Part shown: piece by piece, positions 36,951-52,400 of the stretch
How positions within the stretch are numbered: position 1 is the first letter of the stretch
Layout: every line of letters begins with the position of its first letter
Notes under the pieces: generated by a model
What the model was told of the DNA's origin: nothing
Seen by the model: the letters and a program-made list of their open reading frames with translations, nothing else
Databases searched by the model: none
Translations under genes and position numbers: made by a program
Assembly: GCA_951406725.2 (NCBI GenBank)
Contig: OX597842.1
Coordinates: 22,258,001-22,322,000, forward strand
DNA length: 64,000 nt
Reading direction: 5' to 3'
From: Octopus vulgaris
Lineage: Eukaryota

Positions 36951-37947
36951 AAGGTGGCGAGCTGGCAGAAACGTTAGCACGCCAGGTGAAATGCTTGGCA
37001 GTATTTCATCTGCCACTACATTCTGAGTTCAAGTTCCGCCGAGGTCGATTTCGCCTTTCATCCTTTCGGGGTCGATAAATTAAGTACCAGTTACACACTG
37101 GGGTAGTTGTAATCGACTTAATCCCCTTGTCTGTCCTCTCTGTGTTTAGCCCCTTGTGGGTAGTAAAGAAATAGGTATTTCTTCTGTCGTTACGTTCTGA
37201 GTTCAAATTCCGCCGAGGTCAACTTTGCCTTTCATCCTTTCAGGGTCGATAAATTAAGTACCAGTTACACACTGGGGTAGATGTAATCGACTTAATCCCC
37301 TTGTCTGTCTCCTCTGTGTTTAGCCCCTTGTGGGTAGTAAAGAAATAGGTATTTCGTCTGCCGCTACGTTCTGAGTTCAAATTCCGCAGAGGTCGATTTC
37401 GCCTTTCATCCTTTCGGGGTCGATAAATTAAGTACCAGTTACACACTGGGGTAGATGTAATCGACTTAATCCCCTTGTCTGTCTCCTCTGTGTTTAGCCC
37501 CTTGTGGGTAGTAAAGAAATAGGTATTTCGTCTGCCGCTACGTTCTGAGTTCAAATTCCGCCGAGGTCGATTTCGCCTTTCATCCTTTCGGGGTCGATAA
37601 ATTAAGTACCAGTTACACACTGGGGTAGATGTAATCGACTTAATTCCTTTGTCTGTCCTTGTTTGTCTCCTCTATGTTCAGCCCCTTGTGGGTAGTAAAG
37701 AAATAGGCATTTCAGCTGCCGCTATGTTCTGAGTTCAAATTCCGCCTAGGTCAATTTTGCCTTTCATCCTTTCGGGGTCGATAAATTAAGTACCAGTTAC
37801 ACACTGGGGTAGATGTAATCGACTTAATCCCCTTGTCTGTCCTCTCTGTGTTTAGCCCCTTGTGGGTAGTAAAGAAATAGGTATTTCTTCTGTCGTTACG
37901 TTCTGAGTTCAAATTCCGCCGAGGTTGACTTTGCCTTTCATCCTTTC
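36951..37947 (+). repeat. Tandem array (~5.5 x ~180 bp) of Meta-like SINE bodies
   Basis: One SINE head at 36951 is followed by repeated B-box/core/tail units. Shorter arrays lie at 28252-28650 and 51884-52500. Confidence 0.85.
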
Positions 37948-39285
37948 GACTCTCGGAGTGGTTGGCGTTAGGCAGGGCATCCAGCTGTAGAAACACTGCC
38001 AGATCTGACTGGCCTGGTGCAGCCTTCGGGCTTGCCAGACCCCAGTTGAACCGTCCAACCCATGCTAGCATGGAAAGCGGACGTTAAACGATGATGATGA
38101 TGATGATGATATCACTTTAATATATTGATATTGATGATGATATGAAATTCTATTATAGTAAATTTACTGCTCCAGACAAAAAAATAAAGTTATGTAAAAA
38201 AACACTTCCATACAGTAGGACTGACTCCAAAAGTACATGATTGAGAAGCAAACCAGACAGCTATGCTTGCGCCTTTTGTATATGTGTACACAAATATGTG
38301 TGTCTCTACCATGCAGTGATACAACTTGGGCACAATAACATTTGTTCTACATAATGCCCTGTAGTTCAGTGATTTCATAGTTGAAGAGCTAGGGAATGAA
38401 GAACCTTATTCTTTTACTTGTTTCAGTCATTTGACTGTGGCCATGCTGGAGCTTCACCATTTTTTTAGTCGAGCAAATCGACCCCAGGACTTATTCTTTG
38501 TAAGCCTAGTACTTATTCTATCGATCTCTTTTTGCCGAACCGCTAAGTTACGGGGGACGTAAACACACCAGCATCGGTTGTCAATAAGTTGAAAATAAAT
38601 AAGGAATGGCCTCAGGAAGTGTAATCTGCCATAGAATACCGCTTCAAGAATTCTTGTCCAACCTTGACAGCAAAAAAAAAAAAAAAAAAAAAAGACACAA
38701 AAAATGATGATGATTCTAATTTTGGCACAAGGCCAGAAATTTTTGAGGTTGGGAGCGGGAAGTTGATGTACTTGACTTACTTTATTTTATCAACCACCAA
38801 AAGGATAAATGAGGCAAAGTTGACCTCAGCATTAATTGAAATTAGAACAAGCCTGTCGTATATATGTATGTGTGTGTGTGTGTGTGCCTGTGTTTGTCCC
38901 CCTAGCATTGCTTGACAACCGATGCTGGTGTGTTTACGTCCCCGTCACTTAGCGGTTCGGCAAAAGAGACCGATAGAATAAGTACTGGGCTTACAAAGAA
39001 TAAGTCCCAGGGTCAATTTGCTCGACTAAAGGCGGTGCTCCAGCATGGCCGCAGTCAAATGACTGAAACAAGTAAAAGAGTATAAAGAAAAACCAAGAGA
39101 AATTCCACAAAGCTAGCCACCTTAGACAGAAGAATTATATATACTGAACTTTTTGATGAATATTAAAAAGCCATAGAAATTATGCAGGGTTGAAATTTAA
39201 TGAGACACACAGGTCTTACTTAAGAATTAGTTATAACCCAAAAGTTTCAAATGTGTTCAAGCCACAAGTTGTTGATTAACCCAAA

Positions 39286-39605
39286 CTAGCACTATGACCC
39301 GGCAACGCCGGGTCATAGTGCTAGTGCATGCATATACAGATGCGTGCGTGCGCACATACACGCGAGTACTGTCCAAATCACACACAGTTAGCTGGCATTC
39401 AATTGGCGTATCAAGCTTCGGGCATTTTGATTAGGTTTTGGATAGAAAATTCACAAAAAAGTCACTTCCATTGATCTTTCAATGGCTCTGGATGGTTTTT
39501 GATGACCATAGAAAGGGCAAGCCCTCCAACTGAAAAATTGTGGACCTGTATAAAGGACATGCACACACACACACATTTTGCCATTTATATATATATATAT
39601 ATAGA
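39286..39605 (-). mobile_element. Non-autonomous Helitron-like element
   Basis: Minus-strand 5' TCTATATATAT and a 3' GC-rich hairpin (GACCCGGC..GCCGGGTC) next to CTAG. Confidence 0.65.
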
Positions 39606-40927
39606 GAGAGAGATGTTCCCTAAATGAGCAGGAACAGACCTATGATCAAAGCCATTCCAGTGAGATCATCCAGTGTTTTTGTATCAAGGACTAACATTAT
39701 TTAATGCATTATTTGAGGGGGCTATTTTTTAATGATAGGATGTAAAGGAATTTAGCTGCTGTTTTTGTAGGTTAAGTGACTAAAGGTTCACCAAATCTCA
39801 TGTACAGTAGTTACTGTATGTACTAGCATCACTGTTCATTTTACATACTTCAGGGAGTTCTTTGAAATGAACTTATTCAATGAAACATCCAAAACCTAAA
39901 GCAGAGTATGTTCCACTATGGTTATTTGGAACAGTAATCAGTGAATGTAGCAAAATTAACCTAAATATAGTGATAGATGAAGAATTGACAGACATTGACT
40001 GGCCAAACCAGAAAAAAAAATATTTAGCACCAGGCACAAATGCCATGTGGTGTTTGTTGAATCTCCGTGTTCTGAGTTCACATCCTACCAAAGTCTACTT
40101 TGCCTTTCATCCTTCAAGGTTGATAAAAATTCCAGCCCAGTGCAGTCAGCTGGCAGTATTGTTAGAACACTGGTCTGGATGCCTTGCAGTGTATCTGCTC
40201 TGGCTCTGTGCAATCAGAGATCAAACCCCCACCTTATCACTGAAAAACAGGGATACTTCTGTCAGAAGTTGTAATGAATAGTATCAGCAATTTGAAAAAA
40301 AAAACTAAACGGAAACTATTTCCTTGAAGATCAACCACAACACCACCATGCAATCCTGACTGATCAAAAGCATTCCAGTTGAGATCATCCTATCTTCTTT
40401 TGCAAGAGTGATATTTGGCTGTTTTTTTTAGCAGGTTGAATGACATTTACAACAGCATACTAAAGGGTTAACCCTTTAGTATTTAAACCGGCCATATCCG
40501 GCCAAAATAGCTAATCCGTTTTATGTTCAAACTGACCAGATCCAGGCCCTCACACCTACCCTACAATGTTATTCTACATTAAGTAATTACACCATCAAGA
40601 TCTTGAAGATATGAGATAATGCATGATTAATTCAAATCAATGGGAATCAATAAGTATTATGTTTGATGGAATAATCTGAACACTAAAGGGTTAAAGCAAC
40701 GTATAAGATCAGATATTTGCAGTAAAACAATTAGCTGAACAAAGTATTCTGTGCAAACATCAGTTACAGGTGGGCCACAGAACTAGTAAAAAGAATTGGC
40801 AAATGTCCTTCAGCAAATAAGCTATAATGACTAAATGCAGTTTTATTTCAAAAAATTAAGTACTTAGTTATACACCTAATTTGGGAAATATTTGCAATCG
40901 TGACCAAAACTCAGTCCATGAAATACA

Positions 40928-41430
40928 TCTATATATATAAAACTGTAGTTGTGTGAGTGTCTGTCCCCTTCGATTTAGATTCCTAACTACTCCCACATTT
41001 TGCGGTGCAGTTTAACCAAATTCGGGTAGCTTATAGTCGTGATTCATATCGAGCCCGTCTGGGTATTAGCGCGCGTCTACGATTTTAAAAATAATTTAAC
41101 ATCATTTTTTTATTCCATTTTAATGCATATTTTTTCGTGTGTCGATGGCGGCAGAGTTGGCGTCCACGCTCACAGCTGCACCTGTTTGCTTCTTCCCCTT
41201 CTTCCCTCCCTCGTGAAGCTGTGGGGAAGGGAGTGTAAGGAAATCAACGTCGTAAAGCGTTGTCAAGGAGACCAGCGTTCTTTTAGAACAACGACTTCAT
41301 GGCTTGAAGACACCAAAACAGAAATGGCTAAGAAAGCCCGAATTGGCATCCATAAGGGAAGTAACTCTCTAAAAATGCTTATATAGTTATTTCCCTTACA
41401 AACCCGAGCAACGCCAGGCGACACTGCTCA
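40928..41430 (+). mobile_element. Non-autonomous Helitron-like element
   Basis: Starts A|TCTATATATATAAA and ends CCCGAGCAACGCCAGGCGACACTGCTCA (hairpin plus degenerate CTAG). Confidence 0.7.
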
Positions 41431-42839
41431 TTTAATATAAAAAGCTTTCTTATATTAATGAGTCAACATGATAGCACGGTGAAAGATGGAGAGTATTTAG
41501 ATATCATGCATGGATCCTCCTTTTGACCAGAATTTCCAGACAAGATGGAACCAGAACATCATCATCATCGTTTAACGTCCGTTTTCCATGCTAGCATGGG
41601 TTGGATGGTTCGACCGGGGCCTGGGAAGCCAGGAGGTTGCGCCAGGCTCCAGTCTGATCTGGCAGTGTTTCTACAGCTGGATGCCCTTCCTAACACCAAC
41701 CACTCCGTGAGTGTAGTGGGTGCTTTTTACGTGCCACTGGCACAGGGGCCAGAGGAGACTGGCAAATGGCCACAATCAGGTGATGCTTTTTACGTGTCAC
41801 CAACACAGACGCCAGTCAGGCAGCGCTGGCAGAAACGTTAGCACGCCGGGCGAAATGCGTAGCCGTATTTCGTCTGCCTTCACGTTCTGAGTTCAAATTT
41901 CGCCGAGGTCGACTTAGCCTTTCATCCTTTCGGGGTCGATGAATTAAGTACCAGTTACGCACTGGGGTCGATTTAATCGACTTAATCCGTTTGTCTGCCC
42001 TTGTTTATCCTCTCTGTGTTTAGCCCCTTGTGGGTAATAAAGAAATATATACAGATGGTGCTTTTTACATGCCACCAGCACGGGTATCACAACTACATTA
42101 GTTCAATTATTATATTAACTGTTTCAATATCAACCTGGCTGAGATCACCTCCAGGGTTTATAATACAAACTTCCTGCTGATCAAATTAAAACCTATTGAA
42201 ATTCCATGTTAATATTCTATTTACTAAATTCTTCATAATTTTCGAAATTAATTGAAACAATGGCAGTCCATTTCATCAAAAATATGGTAATGAAAAGGTT
42301 TAATAATCTTTTTAATATTTTAAACAATGTCAATTGCTTTACTGAGTGGTTTTGTGTATCCGTTTGTGTGAACTATTTGTATTTAATTATTTCATTAGTA
42401 GTTCTTCCTACTTGTTAATTCGCTAGTAGTACCCCACTAGTTATTATCCCCGCCATTTAAAAATGGAAAGCTTCGTTAAAAATACCGCATATCTAAGAAA
42501 AGTTATACAGAAACAAAGCCGGTAGGGGGAAAATTCCATTGTGTCTAGAATGAAGAATTGAAATTCAGCATTTGCATAATTTTTATTACATTTGATGTTT
42601 TTTCAGAAGCTTTTTCGGTACTACTAGCACACGCGCCAGCTAGTCGTAATAGTCGATCCTAAATAATTTTTTAAACTAAGTAAATAAATTATTTTTATAA
42701 ACAAAGATTAGGTTTAGGGTTAAAAAGGCGTTGTAGGATCGACTACTTACGACTAGCTAGCGCAGATGCGCGAGTGCGCACTCCGGGACCACTGTTCGCT
42801 AGTAGTACCGAAGGGTACTCGAATAAACATAATCTATCA

Positions 42840-43262
42840 GGCATTCTTTCGTCTCTAGTAGACCTTTCCGTCGATTTCCGTAAAAAATTTTTTTTTTTAC
42901 ATATGGGCTTGCGGGAACTTTTGAAGTAATGAGAGCGAAAGAGACTAAGAGAAAGCGATTGTATGACGAGGGAAGTTCTTTTGAAGTTACCGTGCATGGC
43001 AAGCATTGATGTACATGTGTGTATGTGTGTGTGTTTGATGGGGTGTGGGAGACAGACAGTATGTTGTGTAAGTGAAGTGCTTCTGTTAGTGTGTGCGAAG
43101 AGACAGAGTAATGTGTGAAAGAAAGAGATAACTGAAATTTTTTACTCGGTGTATGTGTATATGTATGTATATTACTTCAAAAGTTCCCGCAAGCCCATAC
43201 GTAAAAAAAAAAAAAATTTTACGGAAATCGACGGAAAGGTCTACTAGAGACGAAAGATCGCC
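42840..43262. mobile_element. MITE with ~95-bp TIRs (copy 2)
   Basis: Near-identical to 14672-15099. Confidence 0.85.
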
Positions 43263-44292
43263 AATGGGGTTGTAGGATCAACTACTTACGACTAGCTAGC
43301 GCAGATGCGCGAGTGCGCACTCCGGGACCACTGTTCGCTAGTAGTACCGAAGGGTACTCGAATACACATAATTTATCAAATTATAATTGTTATACCGTCA
43401 GCATGTGGCGAGAAGAGAGAAATTTATTGTTTGAAGGTGTTGTTGGTCATAATACGGAGTGATATATCAATTTTCATAAATAGAACAGTATTTACGAAGG
43501 GTAAAATGTAAATCTTGACTATTGTAAGATGACTGGGTCATCATCATTACAGTTGTTATATGAGGTTTGTAGAAAGAAAAAACGCTCTTCAAAAAATAAA
43601 TTAAATCGTTGCTTTACTCACTATTTCATCATTATCTTCGACACAATCATTTTCCACGGCAGTCTTGATACAAAAGTCGCTAATTTCTTAGAAGAAAAGA
43701 GACGAAGATAATCTGCTACCACGTGTAGCAGGTTCCCCGACGAAAGCCAGACTGAAGCAAAGGGGAGTAAATAAAAAAAATGTAATGGCTTGCTTTAATT
43801 ACCGAAACGAAATTTCCTGCATTGCGCCAAAATTAACAGCACTTCTTTGCGCTATGCAGTATTTTTTCCAGTTTTTTACGTTTTGAGCTCAAATCTCACC
43901 GAGGTTCTCTTCATCTCTTCGGGGTCAATAAAATAGAGAACCAGTCAAGAACGGAGACGACGGTATCAAATATTCTCCAACCTCACCACTATTGTCAGTT
44001 CTCGTTAGAAGCTATTATTCATCACTGTCCCCCTATTGGGTAATTGAGGAACTAAATCTTACCAAGGAGGAAAACTTCCACAACTGACATTGGCGGAGAC
44101 TGTCGTAAAGCTTCTATTATAGGCATAATGACCTGAAATTTTGGGCTAGAGCAAGTCGATTACCTCGACCCCAGAGCTTGACTGGTACTTAATTAGTCGA
44201 TCGAAAGGAATTTGCACTCAGAACGCGAAAATGACGAAATACTGCTAAGTACTTTGCCCGGCGTGCTAACTATTCTGCCACCTCGCCTCCTT

Positions 44293-44412
44293 ACTACTAC
44301 TACTACTACTACTACAGCTGCTGCTGCTGCAACTTCTACTACTACTACTACTACTACTACTGCTGCTGCAACTACTGCTGCTGCAACTACTACTGCAACT
44401 ACTACTACTACT

Positions 44413-44460
<48 letters not shown>
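44293..44460. repeat. (ACT)n/(GCT)n/(AAT)n microsatellite
   Basis: Directly visible simple repeats. Confidence 0.95.
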
Positions 44461-45989
44461 TCTTTTTATTTTTTTTAATATATATTTTTTATTTTTATAT
44501 TTTTAAATAATAATAATAATAATGGATCTTTTCCTTTTGAACGGATGGATCTTTTCCTTTGTAACATAATTTCTAGGTAACTAAAAAGTTATAAACTTCG
44601 TATACTGGTAGAATGTGTTTATAAAACATCTTTTTCTCTTGGCTTTCTTGAGAAAATTCTATAGTTTGTAAGGTATTTCGTCTGAAAATCCGAGCATTTC
44701 GGCAATTTTAACCTATCGATCACCTCCATTCAACTAAAATCATTTGCTGCGTCTAAAACTGAGATAACATCCTGTCACTAACCCTCATCTAACCCTAACC
44801 CTAAATTTTTAACTTAATTGTTACGCGTGTAAAAAAAAAACGAAAGCAATGGAAAATAATTTAAACAATTAACAAACAAAATAATTCTATAATTTTATAC
44901 ACACGCTTTCCGTTTTTTTTACACGCGTAACAATTAAATTAATTTAACAATTAAGAAAAAAAATTTTAGGGTTTGGGTGAGTGACAGGATGTTGTCACAG
45001 TTTTAGATGCATAATAATAATAGTCCAACCCATACTAGCATGGAAAGCAGACGTTAAATGATTAATAATAATAATAATAACTGGGGGAGCATCATAGCCA
45101 TGTGTTGAGAGGGATTCTTTGGGATTTGAATAATTCAACTCTGGAAACATGGGTATTTCGTTCAACATCCTTAAACAACCCTTATTCAGGGACCTTTTGA
45201 GTGGGATGGGTTACTCGACCAGAAGAAAATTCTAACTGGGCCCCACCTGCAAGGTCATGCGCTGTTTATCTTGATATGAGATCACCATGTCGCGCACATA
45301 TGGTTGTGATGCGTGTGTCTAGTGTACCCTTATCAGACGAGTTGTCATGATGGGTATACTGGGCTTCGTATATTTTTACCCCAGTGTCACTTTGATGGCA
45401 TGCACTGCTCTCTCACTCAATAATAATAATAATAATCCTTTTTTTACTATAGGCCCAAGGCCTGAAATTTGGTGGGAGGGGACTTGTCTATTACATCGAC
45501 ACCAGTGTTTCACTGGTACTTCATTTATCGACCCGAAAGGATGAAATGCAAAGTCGACCTCAGCAGAATTTGAACCCTGAACGTAACGATGGGCGTTCAA
45601 TAATAACGATGATTTCTTTTATCAAACGATTTGGTCAATGTGATGATCACACACTGCTACACACCTTCCTTCCAAGCACTGCTGCAAATAGTGCAAGTGA
45701 ACTAGAACATTAAAACGTAGTGCACATACACAGCAGAGTTTAAGGTCAATCTGTGCCAAGTGGCTTCACTCTGTCTGCTTTAGCTTCATTACTATGGCGG
45801 CAGTCCATATACCTATTGATCAAACGCTTTTTATGTGCCAGTCAAGCAGTACTGGCATCAGCCATGACAATGATTTCACTAGATTTAACAGGTCTTCTCA
45901 AGCACAGCATATCTCCAAAGGTATCAGTCACTTGTCATTGGCTCTGTGAGGCCCAACATTCAAAGGTCATCCCAGGTCTTCCTCTTCCA

Positions 45990-47430
45990 CAGGTTCCCTC
46001 AGCTGTTAGGTAATGGAAGCTGTCAACTACTTCTAGTTTTTCCCCCTGGCATGCGACAGATGTTTTCTGCACATTTTCAGTGTTTATTGCCCCTGTGCAT
46101 CTGCCACACACAAAAACTATCTTCCCAGTTAGCCTCCCTTTGACATTGCTGCACCTCTTATGTGTCCATAGCTTACACTGGGTACATCGTTTGGAGTTTC
46201 TATCTACAATTTTTCCACAGATCGAGCAGGGCCAACTACCTGAAGGGATTTGTGATTTGTCTGCCTTCCTATTTACTAACTCTTTGGTTTTTGCTATATT
46301 GACCCTAAGGCCCTTCAGTTCTAGACCTTGCTTCCACACTTGAAACTTCTCTAGTTCTGATAGTGACTCAGCAATTAGAGCAAGAGCATCAGCATAGAGA
46401 AGCTTCCAGGGGCATCTTGTCTTGAATTCCTCTGTTATTGCCTGGAGGACTATCATGAATAAGCGGGGTCTAAGGATAGATACTTGGTGGAACCCTACCC
46501 CTACTCGGAATTCTTCTCTATACTCGTTGCCAACCCTCACCTTACTGACAGCATCCCTGTATGTGGCTTGCACAGCTCTCACTAACCTTAGTTTCTACAT
46601 TGACCATCAGATAAAGGATTAGGGGACCCTATCAAAGGCTTTTTCCATGTCACTGAAAGCCAAGTTCAGAGGTTTAACTTTGGCCAGGTATTTCTCCTGC
46701 AGCTGTCTTACCAGAGATATAGCATCAATGGTGCTTCTCCCTGGCATAAATCAAAAGTGCATCTTGTCTAAACTAACTCTCTCCCTAATTAGTTTGGCTA
46801 TGACCCTCCCTGTAACTTTCATTACCTGATCCAACAATTTGGTACCTGTAATTATTTGTATCTTATGTGTAACCTTTACCCTTGTAGCTGTTGACTATGG
46901 TGCTGCTACACCAGTCATTGAGTATGACTCCTTCATGTATCACCTGATTGACTATACAGGTGACTAAACAATAGCCGACACTGCCAGATATTTTAAGCAT
47001 CTCTGATGGGCTGGGGGCTTACCCTGTCTTCCTACTCTTAATTGCTTTATCTACCAAGGTACTGTCAATTTGAATAGCTGGTCTCTCTGTTGGCAACCTT
47101 TCATAGTGGGGTCTCCAATCCTCTCTTTACAGCCTCATTAAATGCAAGTGAGCCATCATCAATATTTCTCTCCTATATTACAATTCTCTCTCACACACTG
47201 TCTTGCAACACAAACACTTCAAGTCTTTGGTCTTCATGGCACAGAACATTGGTAAAGTGTTTATATGCTTCCCCTCTGGCTAAATAAACCTGTCTCCTAG
47301 CTTTCCTTCTGGCAATCTGATACAGTGCCCTGCTACCACCATTCTCCCAGTCCTTCCATGCCTGTTTGTTTTCTCTACTGGGTCCTGCCAACTACATTGT
47401 TCCACCACCACATTACCTTAGGTTGAGAGG
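45990..47430 (-). mobile_element. Decayed RTE-clade LINE, reverse transcriptase region
   Basis: PGRSTIDAI, VGFHQVSILRPRLF (degenerate QGS.LSP.LF), LLYADAL (YADD), GLRVNIAKTK and VVDSFHYL, with frameshifts. Confidence 0.85.
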
Positions 47431-48741
47431 GGACTTTGCAGCATCCACAGACCTAGCTAAATCAAAAAGCACAAATTACAGGGACAATAATCGGAATGCT
47501 AAAGGGTTAATCAACTGGAACACTCAACACTGTAACCCAGAGTGCCCAACCATCATACCCTTATTAAAAGTTACCTTTAAGTAGACTTGTGAGTGTGGGT
47601 GTATAATTCTGTACAAGGGCAGATTTTTGATACATCATCATCGTTTAACGTTTGCTTTCCATGCTAGCATGGGTTGGAAGATCTGAGTGAGCTCTGGCAA
47701 TAGGCTCCAGTCTTGATGTGGCAGAGTTTCTACAGCTGGATGCGCTTCCTAACGCCAACCACTCCCAGAGTATAGTGGGTGATTTTACGTGCCACTGGCA
47801 TGAGGGCCAGTCAGGCGATACTGGCAATGGCCATGCTCAAATGGTGCTTTTTATGTGCCACCTGCACAGGAGCCAGTCCAGCGGCACTGGCAATGACCTT
47901 GCTCAAACAGCAGCATCTTAACCCTTTCATTACCAACCCGGCTCTGGAGTACAAATGTCTTGTTTTCATAAGTTCTGAATTAAAATCTTCCCACCAAACA
48001 TTAATCACAATTTATGTTCCTAACACTAGCTTAATGATAACCAAGTTTTTTACTAAATTCTTTGTCATATTTAAAGTTATTGAAAGAAACTCAGAGCATC
48101 TCAACAGAAATTCAGTAACAAAAGGGTTAAACCTCGACAAATACACTACATTTTCTTTCCAGATCATTTGAGTACGATAGAATCATTATATTTTCTAAGT
48201 GTATCTAGCAAAGGAAAGCATGCTGTTATGTAACACAGAGGCAGAAGCCAAACAAGATTGCGGATTTAGCAAGACATCCTTTATTTGGTAAAAATAAGGT
48301 TCAACTTATAAGGGGGAATAAAAGGCTGCAAAACAGGGCAGAATATCAAAAGCGTGAAAGGGCAAAAACTGAGAATACCAATTTTTGGAACACTGTGTTA
48401 AAAAAATATCAAAACAAGTTTAAAACATTTATTTGCAATTTTCAGAAAGCATTTTATTTTAAGATTTTATGGAATAAAATCTCCTAAATATAGGTACAGG
48501 TGAAGCTTCCTAACCACTTGGTTCTGGGTTCAGTCCCACCGTGTGGCATCTTATGCAAGTGTCTTTTACTATAGCCTGGTGAGTGGATTTGGTAGATGGA
48601 AACTAAAAGAAGCCTGTCTTGTATATATCTCTGTGTGTTTTTGTACCCCCATCACCACTTGACAACTGGTGTTGGTTTGTTTACGTTCCTACAAGTATAG
48701 TTAAGTGGCTTTTCTGTGAGAATGATTTACCACAGAAATCA

Positions 48742-49433
<692 letters not shown>

Positions 49434-52400
49434 ATGATATGGCTTCTCTCCTGCGTGAGTGAGTTTGTGTTTAGTTAAGTTACTTGCTCCAGAGAAGGAT
49501 TTACCACAGATGTCACAGTGATATGGTTTCTCTCCTGTATGAATACGTTTGTGTTTAGTTAAGTGATGCCTTTGAGAGAATGATTTATTACAGATCTCGC
49601 AGTGATATGGCCTCTCACCTGTATGAATACGTTTGTGAGAGACTAACTCGCCATTTTGAGTGAACGATTTACCACAGGTATCACACTGGAATGGCTTCTC
49701 ACCTGTATGAATGCGTTTGTGCACAGTTACATATGTTCTTGTCGACAACGATTTACCACAGATATCACAGTGATATGGATTCACACCTGTATGAATACGT
49801 TTATGAGTAGCTAAGTTACCATTCTGAGAGAAAGATTTACCACAGACATCACAGTGATATGGTTTCTCACCTGTATGAGTATGTCTATGTTCAATTAACC
49901 GCTGCCTTCGAGAGAATGAATTACCACAGATTTCACAGTGATATTGTCTCTCACCTGTATGAACACCTTTGTGTTTACTTAAGTGACTAATATGAGAAAA
50001 TGTTTTACCACAGATCTCACAGTCATATGGTTTTTCTCCTGTATGAAAACGTCTGTGTACAGTGAGATTAAACTTCACAGAGAATGATTTACCACAGATA
50101 TCACACTGATATGGTTTCTCTCCTGTATGAATACGTTTGTGAGCAGTTAAAGTTTGTTTCTGGGAGAAAGATTTACCACAGATATCACAGTGATATGGTT
50201 TCTCACCTGTATGATTATGCATGTGTACATCTAACTGGTATTTTTGCGAGAACGAATCGCCACAGATATCACAGTGATATGGTTTCTCACCTGTGTGAAT
50301 ACGTTTGTGTCGACTCAAGTGACTAACGTGGGAGAATGATTTACCACAGATAACACAGCCATGTGGTTTCTCGCCTGTATGAAAACGTTTGTGTATTGTG
50401 AGGTTCCCTTTTACAGAGAAAGATTTACCACAGATATCACAGCTATATGGCTTTTCCCCTGTATGAGTACGGGTGTGCAAACTGAGTCTATATTTTTTAG
50501 AAAATATCTTGTTACAGATTTGACACTGGTATGTTATTTTCTTGGTTTCTTTTTTCTTACTGTCCAGAGAATCAGAACTTTCAGATGGCATTTTAAATTC
50601 ATCCTTGTCCTCACAAAATACATTTGCCATAATTCTTCTCTGATAATATTCTCTTTCGTCTCCTTTTAGAGGATTCCTTATAAATATTTATATTTCTACA
50701 GCTATACTTCCACCAACTGCGATCTTTCAGTACAGCCGTTACAAGCACTCCTGTATTTGTAATTAATTAGTAAAATTATCTTCCAGACATTTCAGGCAGT
50801 AATTAAAACAATCGTTACCATTCGTCTTAGTTCCGAATTATTTTACAGTAATCCTGTCACAGATTTATATCAACAGAATTTTATCTTCTCTTTTGTTGGG
50901 AGTTGATAACTATTGGTGATATAATCCAATGTGAACAATGCCTTCATGCCAATGACAGCAGATAATCTGAAAGGATGAACAGATTAAGGTATAGAGGCTA
51001 CATAAAATGTAAACACACACACACACAGACACATTTTATACATATATATAAATACGAGGAAAATGCCCCCCCCCCGTCCAATGGACAGTGCTGAGTTGTC
51101 AAACATTTAAACCAAATTTTCTCAAAACAACTTGTCCGACCGTCCCATAAGTCTCCCCTTTGAGAAACATTGATTTAACCTAAATTTGAAACACCAGCAA
51201 AAGAAGAAATAAAGATAGACTTTTTTTCTATTCCAAGAAAAACGATTTTACAAATGCACGTTCCCACGGCTTTATCGATCGCATTCTCACCTGGAATTGA
51301 TTTTTGTAATTTTTTCAAGACTTATACACGCCCTGATACCGTCGGTATCTACATATCAAATTTGAGCGCAATTGGATGGAGGATGCCTGAGATCCTAGAA
51401 GACACACACACAGACAGACAGAACGGATTTTATATAATAGATATTTAAAGAATGAAAGAGAGCTATAGGATGAATATATTTATTTCACCTTTTGACATCC
51501 ATATAATGATGATTATTTTGCAACCTTTATCGTCATTTATTATACACTAAAATAAGTTGTTTTTATATGATAAGGACTTCGAAATCATCACCATTATATG
51601 GATGTCAAATGGTGAAATAAATATATTCGTCTTATATCTCCTTTTTTCTTACATTTGGTCCAGATTGCCTTTTTTCTATGACTAGATTCCCTTCTTGTTA
51701 CCAATAATATATTGACTGAATGGTCATGTCAAGAAGGCCACTTAGTTATTTATTACAGGGCTACTGGAACATTGGGGCAACTAATTGGTACTGCCAGCAT
51801 AAGGGTTCATAAAGTGACCCCTGCCAAAACTTACACACAGCCAAAATGAGGATACAATGAGAAAGAAGGAAACAACACAATTTTCGACTTAATCCGTTTG
51901 TCCCCTCTATGTTTAGCCCCATGTGGGCAGTTAAGAAATAAGAATCGTTAGAACGTCTGGCGAAATGCTTAGCGGTATTTCGTCTGCCGCTATGTTCTGA
52001 GTTCAAATTCCGCCGAGGTCGACTTAGCCTTTCATCCTTTCGGGATCGATTAAATAAGTACCAGTTACGCACTGGAGTCGATGTAATCGACTTAAATCCG
52101 TTTGTCTGTCCTTGTTTGTCCCCTCTATGCTTAGCTCCTTGTGGGTAGTAAAGAAATAGGTATTTCGTCTGTCGCTACGTTCTGAGTTCAAATTCCGCCA
52201 GGGTCGACTTAGCCTTTCATCCTTTCGGGGTCGATTAAATAAGTACCAGTTACGCACTGGAGTCGATGTAATCGACTTAAATCCGTTTGTCTGTACCCTC
52301 TATGCTTAGCTCCTTGTGGGTAGTAAAGAAATAGGTATTTCGTCTGTCGCTACGTTCTGAGTTCAAATTCCATTGAGGTCGACTTTGCCTTTCATCCTTT

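Noticed and set aside
44212-44478. Poly-T/A/N ORF
   Set aside because: Trinucleotide microsatellite.
44778-44805. CTAACCCTAACCCTAA telomere-like repeat
   Set aside because: Only 2-3 units, internal to a MITE family.
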